A stretch of 64,000 bases of DNA from an uncultured Caldilineaceae bacterium (GCA_958295915.1 OY282381.1:144722-208721); one strand, 5' to 3'; shown: positions 1 to 10,314, counted from the first letter of the stretch. Numbers and translations: made by a program. Notes: generated by a model not told the origin, from the letters alone.

Positions 1-1052
1 TCGATGCTCAGGGTAAGACAGTTATGCCAGGGCTGATCGATGGACATATTCATGTTTTCTTCGATTTCACCGAAACCGGAATCGAGTACCCCAAAAGCCA
101 GGAAGAACTAGACGCCTATATCGAAACGCGCATGCAGGAAAAGTTTGATGATTTCCTGGCGCACGGCTTTACCAGCATCATGTCGCCCGGAGATTCCTGG
201 CCGACAATTGTGAATGTGCGCGACCGAGTGGCTGCTGGTGAGATCCGCGGGCCACGTATGTTCGTCTCTGGCGGTATTTTTACCGCGCCAGGCAGCCATC
301 CTGCCGAGGGGATCTGTAGTGGCAGTGCGTTCTGCGCCGAGCATGTAGCCGTTGAAGTCGACGATGAAGCATCGGCCCGCGAGTGGGTGCGCAAATATGC
401 CGAGAGCGGAGTCGACCTTCTCAAGATTACCTATGTAGAGCCAGATGAGGAGCCGCTCGGTCCCAAACTTCGGCCGGAGGTGGTGGCCGCTATCATCGAT
501 GAAGCCCATCAGCAGGGGATCCGGGCGCTGGCCCACGCTTGGGATGCGGCGGATGTCAATGATCTGGTCGAGTGGGGGATCGATGGCTTTGTCCACCCAT
601 TTGGCATCACACTCGACGCAGATGGCTCTCTTTTGCAGAGCGCAGGAGAAAAAGGATTGGCTGTCTCGTCTACATTCGCCAGCGCAGCCCTCTTCGCTGC
701 TGACGGCCCTGATCCAGAGCTCGAAATCACTTTATCGAATGTACAAACCGCCATGCGCTATGGTTCGCCCCTGGTCTTTGGCTCCGATATGCCAGGCTTG
801 CCGACGGAGATGGTCTTGTCCGCCGTGATCAGCGCTATGTCCAACATGGGCTTAAGCAATGCCGAAGTCATCCAGGCATCCACGCGCCATACTGCGCAAA
901 GTCTGCTCGCCCAAGATGATTTGGGGACGATTGAACCAGGCAACCTTGCCGACATCATCATCGTGAACGGTGACCCGCTCGAAGACTTGGCTGCTTTAAG
1001 CCAGATCGAAATTGTCATCGCCAACGGGCAGATCGTGGTCGATAATCGTTAA
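1..1052 (+). CDS. Amidohydrolase-family metal-dependent hydrolase, 5' end cut by window edge
   Basis: Frame is open from base 3 (DAQGKTVMPGLIDGHIH). PGLIDGHIH is the HxH metal motif that normally lies 50-60 aa into this family, so the ATG at 24 is internal. C-terminal ADIIIVNGDPLED is also typical. Confidence 0.8.
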   Translation, partial: DAQGKTVMPGLIDGHIHVFFDFTETGIEYPKSQEELDAYIETRMQEKFDDFLAHGFTSIMSPGDSWPTIVNVRDRVAAGEIRGPRMFVSGGIFTAPGSHPAEGICSGSAFCAEHVAVEVDDEASAREWVRKYAESGVDLLKITYVEPDEEPLGPKLRPEVVAAIIDEAHQQGIRALAHAWDAADVNDLVEWGIDGFVHPFGITLDADGSLLQSAGEKGLAVSSTFASAALFAADGPDPELEITLSNVQTAMRYGSPLVFGSDMPGLPTEMVLSAVISAMSNMGLSNAEVIQASTRHTAQSLLAQDDLGTIEPGNLADIIIVNGDPLEDLAALSQIEIVIANGQIVVDNR

Positions 1053-1053
1053 G

Positions 1054-1139
<86 letters not shown>

Positions 1140-1143
1140 GTTC

Positions 1144-1172
1144 ATTGTAGGAAATCGGCCGCCTGGTGTCAA
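1144..1172 (-). promoter_or_regulatory. Sigma70-type promoter for tRNA-Leu (TTGACA-17 nt-TACAAT)
   Basis: Reverse complement of 1167-1172 is TTGACA and of 1144-1149 is TACAAT, with a 17-nt spacer. The predicted start about 7 nt downstream coincides with the mature tRNA 5' end at 1137. Confidence 0.6.
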
Positions 1173-1179
1173 TTCAGTA

Positions 1180-1202
1180 GGGGCTGGCCTTGTGCCAGCC
1201 CC
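1180..1202 (-). terminator. GC-rich hairpin (repeat family F) just 3' of mltG
   Basis: GGGGCTGGC-cttgt-GCCAGCCCC, 9-bp stem, starting 2 nt after the mltG stop. No U-tract follows, so intrinsic-terminator function is uncertain. Confidence 0.4.
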
Positions 1203-1203
1203 C

Positions 1204-2352
1204 TTAGCGGCCCTGATAACGCCGCACATTCTCTACATGTTCAGCATAGGTTAGGGCAAAGACGTGGGCGCCGCTGTCGTCCGCTGTCGCGACAAAATAC
1301 AGATAATCGTGCCGCTCTGGGTACAGAACTGCGCGAAACGCGTCAAGGCCAGGGTTGGCGATAGGGCCGGGCGGAATCCCCTGGTGAATATAGGTATTGT
1401 ACGGGCTGTCTACGCTCTGGTACTCTTCCAGGAAGACCGGTGTCTTCCACCACTGATCACTCGCCTGCTGGTAGCCCATCGCATACTGCACTGTCGGGTC
1501 AGCTTCCAGGCGCATACCCACTTCCAGACGATTCAAATAGACGCCGGCGATGGCCGGACGCTCCGACTCGATGACAGCCTCCCGCTCAACAATACTGGCC
1601 AACACCAGGATGTCATGCAGATCCAGCCTCTTCCTGCCATCGACCATCGCTCGCTCGTACAGCGGCAGAATTTGATCGGCAAAGGCGTCAAGCTGACGAA
1701 CGATCAGGTCGCTCGCCGTCGGATTATTCGCTGGGAGCTGATAGGTGGCGGGAAAAAGGTATCCCTCCAGGCTCGCGCCGACAGGCCGCTCGTTCAGAAA
1801 CGGCCAGCGTTCCGTTGCCACAGAACAACAAGACAGTGTCAATGCCAAGCCACTGAGATCTGGCATTTCCGCTCTACGGCGGTATTCCTGGCCGTCAATC
1901 AACCCGCCAGCGTCTAAGAAATCGGCAATCTGTTCCAGTCGCCACCCTTCGGGAATGGTGATGCGGATGTCGGCGGCCCGATCAGCCTGCAAAATTGCGG
2001 CAATCTCCACAGGCGTCATACTGGCGCGCAGGAAAAATACGCCGGCCTTCAGGCGATGGGCCATGTCCATGGCGCGTACATACGCTTCAAATAACTTCGC
2101 GTCGCGGATCAGACCGGCCTCTGCCAGTTGTTCGGCGATTGCGCGTGCCGGCGTGCCCAGCTCGACATCGAAGCGGAGCGGTCGATCATCGTCAGAAGCG
2201 GGGAGATTCAGGGCCGCGCCATGTTCTCGCAGATAGCGGTTCAGGTCCGCTTCCCGGGTGCAGGCAGCTGGGATCAGCGCGAGAAAAAGGGTGACGATGA
2301 TTAGCTTCCAAAGATTTCTGCGCTGAAGCAGTCTTGGTAGTGGGGACGTCAT
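1204..2352 (-). CDS. mltG: Endolytic murein transglycosylase MltG (YceG family)
   Basis: N-terminal membrane anchor ([17 protein letters not shown]), the YceG signature EGYLFPATY, and the conserved C-terminal region [18 protein letters not shown]. Confidence 0.9.
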   Translation of the reverse strand: MTSPLPRLLQRRNLWKLIIVTLFLALIPAACTREADLNRYLREHGAALNLPASDDDRPLRFDVELGTPARAIAEQLAEAGLIRDAKLFEAYVRAMDMAHRLKAGVFFLRASMTPVEIAAILQADRAADIRITIPEGWRLEQIADFLDAGGLIDGQEYRRRAEMPDLSGLALTLSCCSVATERWPFLNERPVGASLEGYLFPATYQLPANNPTASDLIVRQLDAFADQILPLYERAMVDGRKRLDLHDILVLASIVEREAVIESERPAIAGVYLNRLEVGMRLEADPTVQYAMGYQQASDQWWKTPVFLEEYQSVDSPYNTYIHQGIPPGPIANPGLDAFRAVLYPERHDYLYFVATADDSGAHVFALTYAEHVENVRRYQGR

Positions 2353-2361
2353 ATCAATAGG

Positions 2362-2452
2362 ATGAATTCAACGCCAAGACGCAGACGCCGCAAGGACGCA
2401 ATGAACTCCTGCTTTTCCCTTGCGTCTCCGCGCCCTGGCGACATTGCGTTTC
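2362..2452. repeat. Interspersed repeat family A, copy 1 (ATGAATTCAACGCCAAGACGCAGACGCCGCAAGGACGCAATGAA...CCTGGCGACATTGCGTTTC)
   Basis: Near-identical 91-nt direct repeat of 2529-2620. Internally self-complementary (GACGCAATG / CATTGCGT). Confidence 0.9.
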
Positions 2453-2528
2453 TTTCCAACTTGTTGATTGGCATCAGCTTCTCTGGCGCGCAGTATACCA
2501 TTCCAGTCGAAAAAGAATCAATTTCGAG

Positions 2529-2620
2529 ATGAATTCAACGCCAAGACGCAGACGCCGCAAGGACGCAATGAATTTCCTGCTTTTCCCTTGCGTCTCCGCG
2601 CCCTGGCGACATTGCGTTTC
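2529..2620. repeat. Interspersed repeat family A, copy 2
   Basis: Differs from copy 1 at about 3 positions by eye. It accounts for the spurious N-terminal 46 codons of ORF 2529..3698. Confidence 0.9.
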
Positions 2621-2666
2621 ATCTATGCCGTTCTGCTATAATGCTATCTTCAAGAAAGGCATCTTT

Positions 2667-3698
2667 GTGCGAGTACTCATTACCGGAATCGCCGGATTTG
2701 TCGGCTCGACACTGGCGAACCATCTCCTGAACGACAGACGCCGCCAGTCCCAATCTCTGGCAATCCACGGAATCATCCACCGCGCCGACTGGCGCATCCG
2801 ACTTCTGCGGGATAGGCTGCGCCTGCACAAGGGGGACATGCGCAACCCCGCCTGGGTCGATCAGATTGTTGAGACTGTGCGGCCGGATCTCGTCTTCCAC
2901 CTGGCGGCCTGGAGCGATGTGAGGAGGAGTTGGCAACAACCTTGGGCCGCCTACGAGCTCAACATCGGCTGTCAACTGAACCTGCTCGAAGGGCTGCGAC
3001 GCCACGCGCCCGCAGCCCGGGTTATAGTCGTAGCGTCGTCAGAGGTCTACGGCCTGATCCAACCGGCGGACCTGCCCATCGACGAGGACACGCCGCTACG
3101 ACCCAACTCGCCCTACGGAATCAGCAAAGTCGCCCAGGATCTGATGGCCCAGCAGTATTGGTTCAACTTTGGGCTGCCGACCGTGCGTGTGCGCAGCTTC
3201 AACCATATCGGGCCAGGCCAGTCAGACGATTTCGTCGCCAGCGCCTTTGCTCGGCAGATCGCCGAAATCGAAGCCGGACTGCAAGAACCAATAGTGAGAG
3301 TGGGGAATCTGGAAGCCGAGCGCGACTACACCGACGTGCGAGATGTAATCCGTGCCTACTGGCTGGCGGTCCAGCACGGCCTGCCAGGCGCAGTGTACAA
3401 CGTTGGCAGCGGTACAGCGTACCCTGCCCGCCAGTTGCTGGACATTTTGCTGGAACTGAGCGATGTCGATATCGCCGTCATGCAGGACCCGAACCGTCTG
3501 CGCCCCAGTGACGTATCCCGCAGTGTCTGCGATCCCAGAAGGTTGACGAAAGCCACCGGCTGGCAACCAACCATCGACCTCCACCAGAGCCTGGCCGATA
3601 TTCTCCAATTCTGGCGCGGCCAGACACAAGGACACCGGGACAGTGTTGAAGTGCGCGCCTCTGTTGGGCGCGACCCGCCCGACGTTCCGACTGTTTAA
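2667..3698 (+). CDS. NAD-dependent epimerase/dehydratase, probable GDP-4-dehydro-6-deoxy-D-mannose reductase (Rmd-like)
   Basis: Rossmann motif ITGIAGFVGS directly after the in-frame GTG at 2667, catalytic YxxxK (PYGISK), and RSFNHIGPGQ / VGNLEAERDYTDVRD blocks. Sits immediately upstream of gmd. The start is my choice because 2529-2666 is repeat sequence. Confidence 0.65.
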   Translation: MRVLITGIAGFVGSTLANHLLNDRRRQSQSLAIHGIIHRADWRIRLLRDRLRLHKGDMRNPAWVDQIVETVRPDLVFHLAAWSDVRRSWQQPWAAYELNIGCQLNLLEGLRRHAPAARVIVVASSEVYGLIQPADLPIDEDTPLRPNSPYGISKVAQDLMAQQYWFNFGLPTVRVRSFNHIGPGQSDDFVASAFARQIAEIEAGLQEPIVRVGNLEAERDYTDVRDVIRAYWLAVQHGLPGAVYNVGSGTAYPARQLLDILLELSDVDIAVMQDPNRLRPSDVSRSVCDPRRLTKATGWQPTIDLHQSLADILQFWRGQTQGHRDSVEVRASVGRDPPDVPTV

Positions 3699-3734
3699 GA
3701 CCGCGCAATTTTCTACGACAGAGGAGCCAATTTT

Positions 3735-4724
3735 ATGCCCACAGCCCTGATCACCGGCGTTACCGGCCAGGATGGAAGCTATCTGGCCGAGCTGCTACTA
3801 CAACAAGAGTATACCGTCGTCGGCATGGTGCGGCGCACAAGCACCATAAATTTCGACCGCATCAAACACATCCAGAGCCAGATCGAAATCGTCCAGGGTG
3901 ATCTGCTGGATCAGATAAGCCTGATCAACATTTTACAAGAGTACCAGCCCCAGGAAGTCTATAATTTAGCCGCCCAGAGTTTCGTGCCCACCAGTTTCAC
4001 CCAACCGGTGCTGACCGGTGAGTTCACCGCTCTCGGCGTTACCCGCATGTTGGATGCCATCCGCATCGTCGATCCCTCAATCCGCTTCTATCAGGCCAGC
4101 AGCAGCGAAATGTTCGGCAAAGTCCGGGAAGTCCCACAGACCGAACGCACACCCTTCTATCCGCGCAGCCCCTACGGCGTGGCAAAGGTTTACGGCCACT
4201 GGATTACGGTGAACTATCGGGAAAGCTACGGCATCTTTGCCTGTTCCGGCATTCTCTTCAACCATGAAAGCCCCCGACGCGGCCTGGAATTCGTGACCCA
4301 TAAGATCACAAATGGCGTCGCCCGCATCAAACTTGGCCTGAGCCAGGAGCTGCGACTGGGCAATCTGGATGCCCGCCGAGACTGGGGCTACGCGCCGGAT
4401 TATGCGCGCGCCATGTGGCTGATGCTCCAGCAAGACAGACCAGAGGACTATGTGATCGCCACGGGCGAGACCCACAATGTACGGGAGTTCCTTGAAGAAG
4501 CCTTCAGCTATGTGGATCTCGACTGGCAGGAGTTCGTCATCCAGGATGACCATTTCTACCGCCCTGCCGAAGTCGATCTGCTGATCGGCGACGCCTCGAA
4601 AGCAGGCCAGCAACTTGGTTGGGAGCCAACCATCACCTTTGTGGAGCTGGTGCGCTTGATGGTCGACGCCGACATCGAATACTGGGAACGGCGCCTGAAG
4701 CAGGCTGCCGCCATCTCAGCCTGA
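3735..4724 (+). CDS. gmd: GDP-mannose 4,6-dehydratase
   Basis: [33 protein letters not shown] and FNHESPRRG motifs. GAGGAG ribosome site 8 nt upstream. Confidence 0.92.
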   Translation: MPTALITGVTGQDGSYLAELLLQQEYTVVGMVRRTSTINFDRIKHIQSQIEIVQGDLLDQISLINILQEYQPQEVYNLAAQSFVPTSFTQPVLTGEFTALGVTRMLDAIRIVDPSIRFYQASSSEMFGKVREVPQTERTPFYPRSPYGVAKVYGHWITVNYRESYGIFACSGILFNHESPRRGLEFVTHKITNGVARIKLGLSQELRLGNLDARRDWGYAPDYARAMWLMLQQDRPEDYVIATGETHNVREFLEEAFSYVDLDWQEFVIQDDHFYRPAEVDLLIGDASKAGQQLGWEPTITFVELVRLMVDADIEYWERRLKQAAAISA

Positions 4725-4989
4725 TAGTACGGCCAGGCCCGCCACCCAGTCCCCTGCATGCCCACAAGCATAACGAACGTGTTGGTTTTTGACATTTCTA
4801 CCGAAAATCAGAGACAATAGATGCACTGTCGAAGGGATCGCAGCGCCCCAGCCGTCACAGACACCGCCAAACCCCTTGACGTTCAGGCCGGATTCAACCT
4901 TCGCGTGGTTCACCTAGCATTTGTGCGCACAATATCCTTCCCAACAGAACAGATGAGTCAGGTTCCCAAGAACGAATTGTAAAATTAGC

Positions 4990-5568
4990 ATGGCCGAAAA
5001 ACTTCGAATCTTCGTCAGCGCAACCAAAGATCTGGAACAGGAACGAGCAGTTGTTGGGCGCATTCTGGCCGAACTGCCTGTACAAGTGGGCGCCGAAATC
5101 CGGCGCAGTCCAGCGGATGGAATCGACTATAATACGCTCTTTGAACTGATCAGCAATGTGGACCGGATCTACTTTCTCTTGGGTCGAGACATCAGCGCGC
5201 CCTTTGGAGCGGAATGGCAGCTTGCCTTGCGCTTGGAGAGGACGATCGTGCCCCTGAAGTTGAAAGGAAGCCGCACCCAGGCCGGACAAGAATTTCTGCG
5301 AATCGCCCACGCGCCCTGGAAAACCTTCCACAACAGCCGACACCTGGGACAACAGATCGGGCTCGACCTCGTCGACACACTCCTCCACCCGGAAAACCGC
5401 TATGGTTTGCAGCTTGTGGAAGTGGAGGCGCTCCAGCAACGCAAACAGGCGTTGCGACAGGGCCTTGTTCAGGGTGTCAGCGACCCCGGCGGAGCGGAAG
5501 GCGGCGGCGTGATCCTCGATCCAGCGGAAGCCCAAGCATTCATCGCTGAAGAACTGGAACAACGCTGA
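4990..5568 (+). CDS. DUF4062-like domain protein (function unknown)
   Basis: N-terminus RIFVSATKDLEQERAVVGRIL ... DRIYFLLGRD ... EWQLA follows the pattern I recall for Pfam DUF4062 (vFiSStf-DL-eER ... D-fv-l-G-rYG ... E---A). Codon usage looks coding. No other domain recognised. Confidence 0.6.
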   Translation: MAEKLRIFVSATKDLEQERAVVGRILAELPVQVGAEIRRSPADGIDYNTLFELISNVDRIYFLLGRDISAPFGAEWQLALRLERTIVPLKLKGSRTQAGQEFLRIAHAPWKTFHNSRHLGQQIGLDLVDTLLHPENRYGLQLVEVEALQQRKQALRQGLVQGVSDPGGAEGGGVILDPAEAQAFIAEELEQR

Positions 5569-5716
5569 CCTTCACTGACGCGAAGAGATGCCGCCCCGCG
5601 CAGATAGCCAGAACCGCAACACCCAATCGATCGGCGACGTGATGCGCGGCGATGCGAAGAACTCCTTATCATCCTATCAATCGAACGAATCTATAAAGTG
5701 CACGGAGCCGGCTTCT

Positions 5717-6322
5717 ATGCGCGGGTCCTACTGTGTAGTGCCTGAGATCGATCCAACGGAAATGCATGCTCTTGCGACCAAGTATGGCAGACCACTTCGT
5801 CGCCGTTATTTCATTGAAGCGGACGCGTATATGCGCGCATATCGCTGGCAAAAGCATCCTCCCGATCGGAGGGGAGAGGTTGTTTTCGCGATTCGCCAGC
5901 CCAATGGCGAAATTCTGCTGCATACAAAACATCGCTACGAGACTCCAATCTATCGTCTACCTACAGGCGGCATCGAACCGAACGAATCGATCGAAGCAGC
6001 ATTGTTCCGCGAGATATCCGAAGAGACCGGACAGAGCGTTTTGCTACGGCGCTTCCTGGGTGTGCTGGACTGTCACTTTCTATGCGAGGGGTCCAGCATG
6101 CCGTTTGTCAGCTATATTTTCTATCTGGAAAGCCAAAATCAGCAGTTGTGCCCTTCTGACAAAGATGAAATCGCAGGCTATCGCACAGTTCCTGTAAACG
6201 GACTTGCCCGCGTCGCGCAATGCCTGCGCGAACTCGACCATGGACGCCGCTGCTGGGGCTACTGGCGCTCCCTGGCCCATGATTTCGTCCACAGCGCCTT
6301 GGCCAACGCGCAATGGCAGTAA
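5717..6322 (+). CDS. Nudix hydrolase
   Basis: Nudix box GGIEPNESIEAALFREISEETGQ. Start is uncertain: ATG 5717 has GGAG 9 nt upstream, and the longest ORF starts at 5588. Confidence 0.8.
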   Translation: MRGSYCVVPEIDPTEMHALATKYGRPLRRRYFIEADAYMRAYRWQKHPPDRRGEVVFAIRQPNGEILLHTKHRYETPIYRLPTGGIEPNESIEAALFREISEETGQSVLLRRFLGVLDCHFLCEGSSMPFVSYIFYLESQNQQLCPSDKDEIAGYRTVPVNGLARVAQCLRELDHGRRCWGYWRSLAHDFVHSALANAQWQ

Positions 6323-6325
6323 AAC

Positions 6326-6354
6326 TCCACATTAACCACAAGATTTGATAGAAT
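6326..6354 (+). promoter_or_regulatory. Possible extended -10 promoter for pheT (TGaTAGAAT)
   Basis: TG at 6346-6347 and TAGAAT at 6349-6354. The -35 (TCCACA) is weak. Confidence 0.3.
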
Positions 6355-6432
6355 CATCTGACGTTCAGGCAATTGAAACCGCCAAAGGCTTTGGTTACAG
6401 CCAAAAGCCGCCTATTTCTTTGAGAGAGCAAA

Positions 6433-9159
6433 ATGCTTGTCCCCCTGTCCTGGCTAAAAGAATACGTTGACATTACGCTTCCTACACCTGAACTGGCGGA
6501 ACGGCTGACCCTTGCCGGCCTGGAAGAAGCGAGCCTTACCCGCACCGGTGATTGGTGGGAAGCGGACAAGATCGTCGTCGGCCAGGTGGTGGCCGTGACG
6601 CCCCACCCACACGCCGACCGCCTTGTGCTGGTGGATGTGCTCCACCAAGCGATCTCAGATGGACAGCAGAATGAGGGCGCGGCCACAACCGCGTTCCCAT
6701 CCCCTACCTCGGCAACGCAATCAGCCTTGCGAGTCGTGACCGGCGCGCCCAATCTATGCGAATTCAGAGGCCGGTCCGTGGCTGCAGGGGATCTGCCGAT
6801 TCTCAAAGTGGCGTTCGCGCGCGCAGGGTCTATGTTGATCGATGCCTATAGCGACGAACAGCCCCGCCCGCTGAAAAGGCTGAAAAAGGCGAAAATCCGC
6901 GGCATTGAATCGCGGGGCATGGTCTGCTCTGAGCGGGAGCTGGGACTAAGCGAGGAGCACGAGGGCATTCTCGTCCTGCCGGAGCAGGCGCCTGTGGGCA
7001 TGCCCTTGCGCCAATATCTGAGCGATGAGATCCTGGAAATCGACCTGACGCCAGATATGGCCCGCTGTCTTTCCCTGTGCGGCATCGCCAGAGAGGCGCA
7101 TGCCCTGACCGGCAGCCCGTTGCGCCTGCCGGAAGATGTAAACAGCGCGCAGGGCGACGATAGCGCCGCAGACTACCTGGCCGCGGAAATCACCGACCCA
7201 ACCCTTTGTCACCGCTTCACCGGTACGCTCATTCGCGATATAGAGATCGGCCCATCGCCGCAATGGATGCAGGAACGATTGACAAAAGCCGGTATGCGTC
7301 CTATCAATAACATCGTCGATAGTACCAACTACGTGATGCTGGAATGGGGTCAGCCCCTCCATGCCTTCGATTACGACCTACTCGTCGCCAGAGCCGAAAG
7401 TATCGGGGAATCGATGCCGACCATACTTGTCCGCACCGCTGGCCAGGGTGAGGAGATCAAAACTCTGGACGACCAGACGCGCAAGCTCGATGAGTCGATG
7501 CTGCTCATCACAGATAAGATCGGCCCAATCGCCATCGCCGGTGTGATGGGCGGCCGAGATACAGAAGTGCATGACGATACCCGCAATATTCTGCTGGAAG
7601 CAGCCACGTTTGACGGCATCAACAACCGACGCACATCCCAGACCCTGAGACTGCATAGTGAAGCCAGCTACCGCTTCACTCGGGGGGTACCGGCAACCCT
7701 GAATGACATGGCCGCCCGTCGCGCCGCTGATCTGATGCGTCAATATGCAGGAGGCCGAGTCGTGCCAGGCATTGTGGATATCTACCCAGTGCCCCAACCG
7801 CAGGTGACAGTCTACACCTCTCAAAGCGATGTGCAGCGCCTACTGGGCATGGACCTGTCGTTGTCAGAGATCGGCGACGCCCTGCGTAAACTCGATTTTG
7901 CCGTTGTAGAACGCGAAGACGTGCCCAAAGATGCGCCGCAACAGGCCTCTCTCGGGCTGGCCCGCGCGGCGGATGAGTCGGTTTTAGCGGCCACCGCGCC
8001 CTGGCACAGGCTGGATATCGCCTTGCCCGCTGACCTGACGGAAGAGGTCGCGCGGGTCGTCGGCTATGATCGGATAGGCGAAACGCTGCTTGATACGGTC
8101 TTGCCGCCTCAACGCCGCAATGCGTTACTGGAGACGGAAGAAACGATCCGCGACATTCTCATCGGTTGCGGCCTGCAAGATACCGTCAACCACACACTCA
8201 CAACGCCGGAAAATCACGATAAACTGCTGGCCATAGACGAGAAGCGCAGCGAATGGTCTGGCAGTGACCCCGAAATCGCGCGCGCCTCCAGATCCCCTTT
8301 CATCGAATTGACAAATCCTCTGTCCCCGGAACGGCGGGCGATGCGTCGCAATCTGATGGTGAGCGCGCTGGAAAACCTGGCCTACAACCAACGATACGCC
8401 GAGCGGTTGGCCGTCTTTGAAATCGGACGGATCTATCGGCCGGAGGACGGTGTCGCGCCTTTGCCGGACGAGGAACGGCGGCTGTGCATCTCCCTGCGCG
8501 GCCCCCGGCGGCCGCTGCAGGCCGACCTGAAATCTGACCCATCGGAAAACGATGTAGACGCATTCGATTTCTTCGATCTGAAAGGCATCATTGAAACGCT
8601 GCTGGACAGGCTTGGGTTCCGCCACAGTGACTATCTGTTCAGCGCGGCGGAGGCCGCGCGCGGCGAAGTAGGGACGCCTGCCTGTGAAGCCAGCTTCGGG
8701 CCCCGCTGCGCTCTGATTTCGCTGCAAGGTGAACACTTGGGGATCGTTGGCGAGTTGCACCCAAGGGTGCGCAACGCCTTTGGGCTGGGGAATGCGCGCG
8801 TGGTGTTGGCGGAAATAAACATCGGGCCGCTGGCGCGTCCGAGCTGGCGGGTCTCACAGATGACGCCGATCAGTGTCTACCCGCCTGTGGTAGAGGATCT
8901 GGCATTTGTGACGCCAGAAGATGTGACCCAGCGCCGATTGCATGATGCGATTGTAGATGGCGGCGGCGATCTGCTGACAGCTGTGGAATTATTCGATATC
9001 TACCGCGGAAAGTCACTGCCCATCGGCTACAAATCCTTGGCCTATCGCGTCACCTACCAGAGCTTGGAGCGCAGTCTGAACGAAAAGAACGTCAACCGGC
9101 TGCGGCAGCGCATCATTCGCACTGTCGAAAAAGCTACGGGCGGCAAGCTGCGTTCCTGA
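6433..9159 (+). CDS. pheT: Phenylalanine--tRNA ligase beta subunit
   Basis: [12 protein letters not shown] start, tRNA-binding domain (HPHADRL ... VVTGAPN), B3/4 and B5 regions, and C-terminal FDX-ACB domain ([14 protein letters not shown] ... FDIYRGK). 908 aa. Confidence 0.93.
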   Translation: MLVPLSWLKEYVDITLPTPELAERLTLAGLEEASLTRTGDWWEADKIVVGQVVAVTPHPHADRLVLVDVLHQAISDGQQNEGAATTAFPSPTSATQSALRVVTGAPNLCEFRGRSVAAGDLPILKVAFARAGSMLIDAYSDEQPRPLKRLKKAKIRGIESRGMVCSERELGLSEEHEGILVLPEQAPVGMPLRQYLSDEILEIDLTPDMARCLSLCGIAREAHALTGSPLRLPEDVNSAQGDDSAADYLAAEITDPTLCHRFTGTLIRDIEIGPSPQWMQERLTKAGMRPINNIVDSTNYVMLEWGQPLHAFDYDLLVARAESIGESMPTILVRTAGQGEEIKTLDDQTRKLDESMLLITDKIGPIAIAGVMGGRDTEVHDDTRNILLEAATFDGINNRRTSQTLRLHSEASYRFTRGVPATLNDMAARRAADLMRQYAGGRVVPGIVDIYPVPQPQVTVYTSQSDVQRLLGMDLSLSEIGDALRKLDFAVVEREDVPKDAPQQASLGLARAADESVLAATAPWHRLDIALPADLTEEVARVVGYDRIGETLLDTVLPPQRRNALLETEETIRDILIGCGLQDTVNHTLTTPENHDKLLAIDEKRSEWSGSDPEIARASRSPFIELTNPLSPERRAMRRNLMVSALENLAYNQRYAERLAVFEIGRIYRPEDGVAPLPDEERRLCISLRGPRRPLQADLKSDPSENDVDAFDFFDLKGIIETLLDRLGFRHSDYLFSAAEAARGEVGTPACEASFGPRCALISLQGEHLGIVGELHPRVRNAFGLGNARVVLAEINIGPLARPSWRVSQMTPISVYPPVVEDLAFVTPEDVTQRRLHDAIVDGGGDLLTAVELFDIYRGKSLPIGYKSLAYRVTYQSLERSLNEKNVNRLRQRIIRTVEKATGGKLRS

Positions 9160-9163
9160 GTTC

Positions 9164-9185
9164 GGGGCAGGCCTTGGCCTGCCCC
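9164..9185 (+). terminator. Perfect GC hairpin (family F) 5 nt after the pheT stop
   Basis: GGGGCAGGCC-TT-GGCCTGCCCC, 10-bp stem. No clear U-tract. Confidence 0.45.
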
Positions 9186-9197
9186 TACGAATGTCAA

Positions 9198-9382
9198 AAA
9201 CGGAACGCGCTGTGGCCAGAAGGCGGAGACGCGCTCCTGCCTATCACGGGAATCATAGAATCCTGGTCATTCATTGCGCCTCTGCGTCTTTGCGTTGCAT
9301 TGGTCGTCTTTCCCACCGGCTTCCCCCTGCGCCCCCGCGTCTTTGCGTTGCATTGGTCTTTTCCACCGGCTTCCCCCTGCGC
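9198..9382. repeat. Family A repeat (inverted orientation) plus tandem duplication of its terminal ~50 nt
   Basis: The reverse complement matches 19675-19740 (CAATGAATGACCAGGATT.TATGATTCC.GTGATAGGCAGG). GCGTCTTTGCGTTGCATTGGTC..TTTCCCACCGGCTTCCCCCTGCGC occurs twice (about 9282-9332 and 9335-9382). Confidence 0.85.
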
Positions 9383-10287
9383 ACTTGAAACAGATCCAAG
9401 TCGCCAGCGACAACTGTGGCGGGGAAAACAGACTGGGCCTCGGCCAGAACCGCCTGAGGATGATACCGCCGGCTGATGTGATGGAGCGCCAGCTGCTTCA
9501 CGCCCGCCTTTTGCGCCAGACGAGCCGCCGCCCGGGCGGTGATGTGCCCGTGGCTCTTGGCCATGTCCCGATCCGTTTCCAGGTAGGTCGCTTCGATGGC
9601 CAACAGATCCGCGCCGGCGACAGCTTTGTGAAGAGGTCCGGTGCGGCTGACATCGCCCACAAAACAGAGTTTGGCGCCCTTTTGCGGCTCTCCTAATACC
9701 TCATCCGGTTGAACCGTGCGGCCATTTGACAGGGTTACGGGCCGACCGGCCACCAGTTCTCTCCGTTCAGGCCCGGCAGGAATGCCAAGGGCTTCGGCCT
9801 TCGCGTTGTCAAAAGGAGAGCGGGTCTCCTCCTCAAAGGTGAACCCGAAGCAGCCGGCGCCTCTGTGGGGCACAGAGAACGCAGACAGCGTAAATCCTTT
9901 GCCTTCAAAAAGCGCGCCGACCTCAATAGGGTTGAGGCTGATACCGGCCTGCGGAATGTTGCCAGACCCGAAAACAACTTCCATCAGTCGGTGGACCCGT
10001 GCCAGGGCTGATGCGCCGCCATAGATGTTCAAGGCTTCCAGAGCTTCCCAGTGCCCCAGTGTGCTGGCCAGGCCACCTAATCCCAGGATGTGGTCCAGGT
10101 GACCGTGGGTGAGGAGAATTTTGTCCAGGCGGCGAAAGCCAAGCCCGCTGCGCAAAATCTGGCGCTGGGTGCCTTCACCACAATCGATCAGAAAACGATG
10201 CTCCTGCGCTATCACCAGCGCAGCGGAAAGACCCCGATGAACAGACGGCGCAGAAGCGGATGTGCCGAGGAAAACCAATTCAAACAA
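9271..10287 (-). CDS. rnz: Ribonuclease Z (metallo-beta-lactamase fold)
   Basis: LGTSASAP and the HxHxDH motif [18 protein letters not shown] start. The last ~30 codons are a translation of the family A repeat. Confidence 0.88.
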   Translation of the reverse strand: MFELVFLGTSASAPSVHRGLSAALVIAQEHRFLIDCGEGTQRQILRSGLGFRRLDKILLTHGHLDHILGLGGLASTLGHWEALEALNIYGGASALARVHRLMEVVFGSGNIPQAGISLNPIEVGALFEGKGFTLSAFSVPHRGAGCFGFTFEEETRSPFDNAKAEALGIPAGPERRELVAGRPVTLSNGRTVQPDEVLGEPQKGAKLCFVGDVSRTGPLHKAVAGADLLAIEATYLETDRDMAKSHGHITARAAARLAQKAGVKQLALHHISRRYHPQAVLAEAQSVFPATVVAGDLDLFQVRRGKPVEKTNATQRRGGAGGSRWERRPMQRKDAEAQ

Positions 10288-10314
10288 GGAATATTCTCAC
10301 AGTGATTGCAGTGA

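Noticed and set aside
2529-2666. N-terminal 46 codons of ORF 2529..3698 ([18 protein letters not shown]..)
   Set aside because: This stretch is a copy of repeat family A that also occurs non-coding at 2362-2452. The Rossmann motif follows directly after an in-frame GTG at 2667.
4894-5562. 222-aa minus-strand ORF covering the same DNA as the DUF4062-like gene
   Set aside because: It has no recognisable motif or ribosome site. The plus-strand frame has a family-like N-terminal motif and a sensible start context. Long antisense ORFs are expected in high-GC DNA.
6323-6432. T-box or attenuator leader upstream of pheT
   Set aside because: The spacer is about 110 nt, too short for a T-box. No specifier, T-box sequence or terminator/antiterminator pair was seen.
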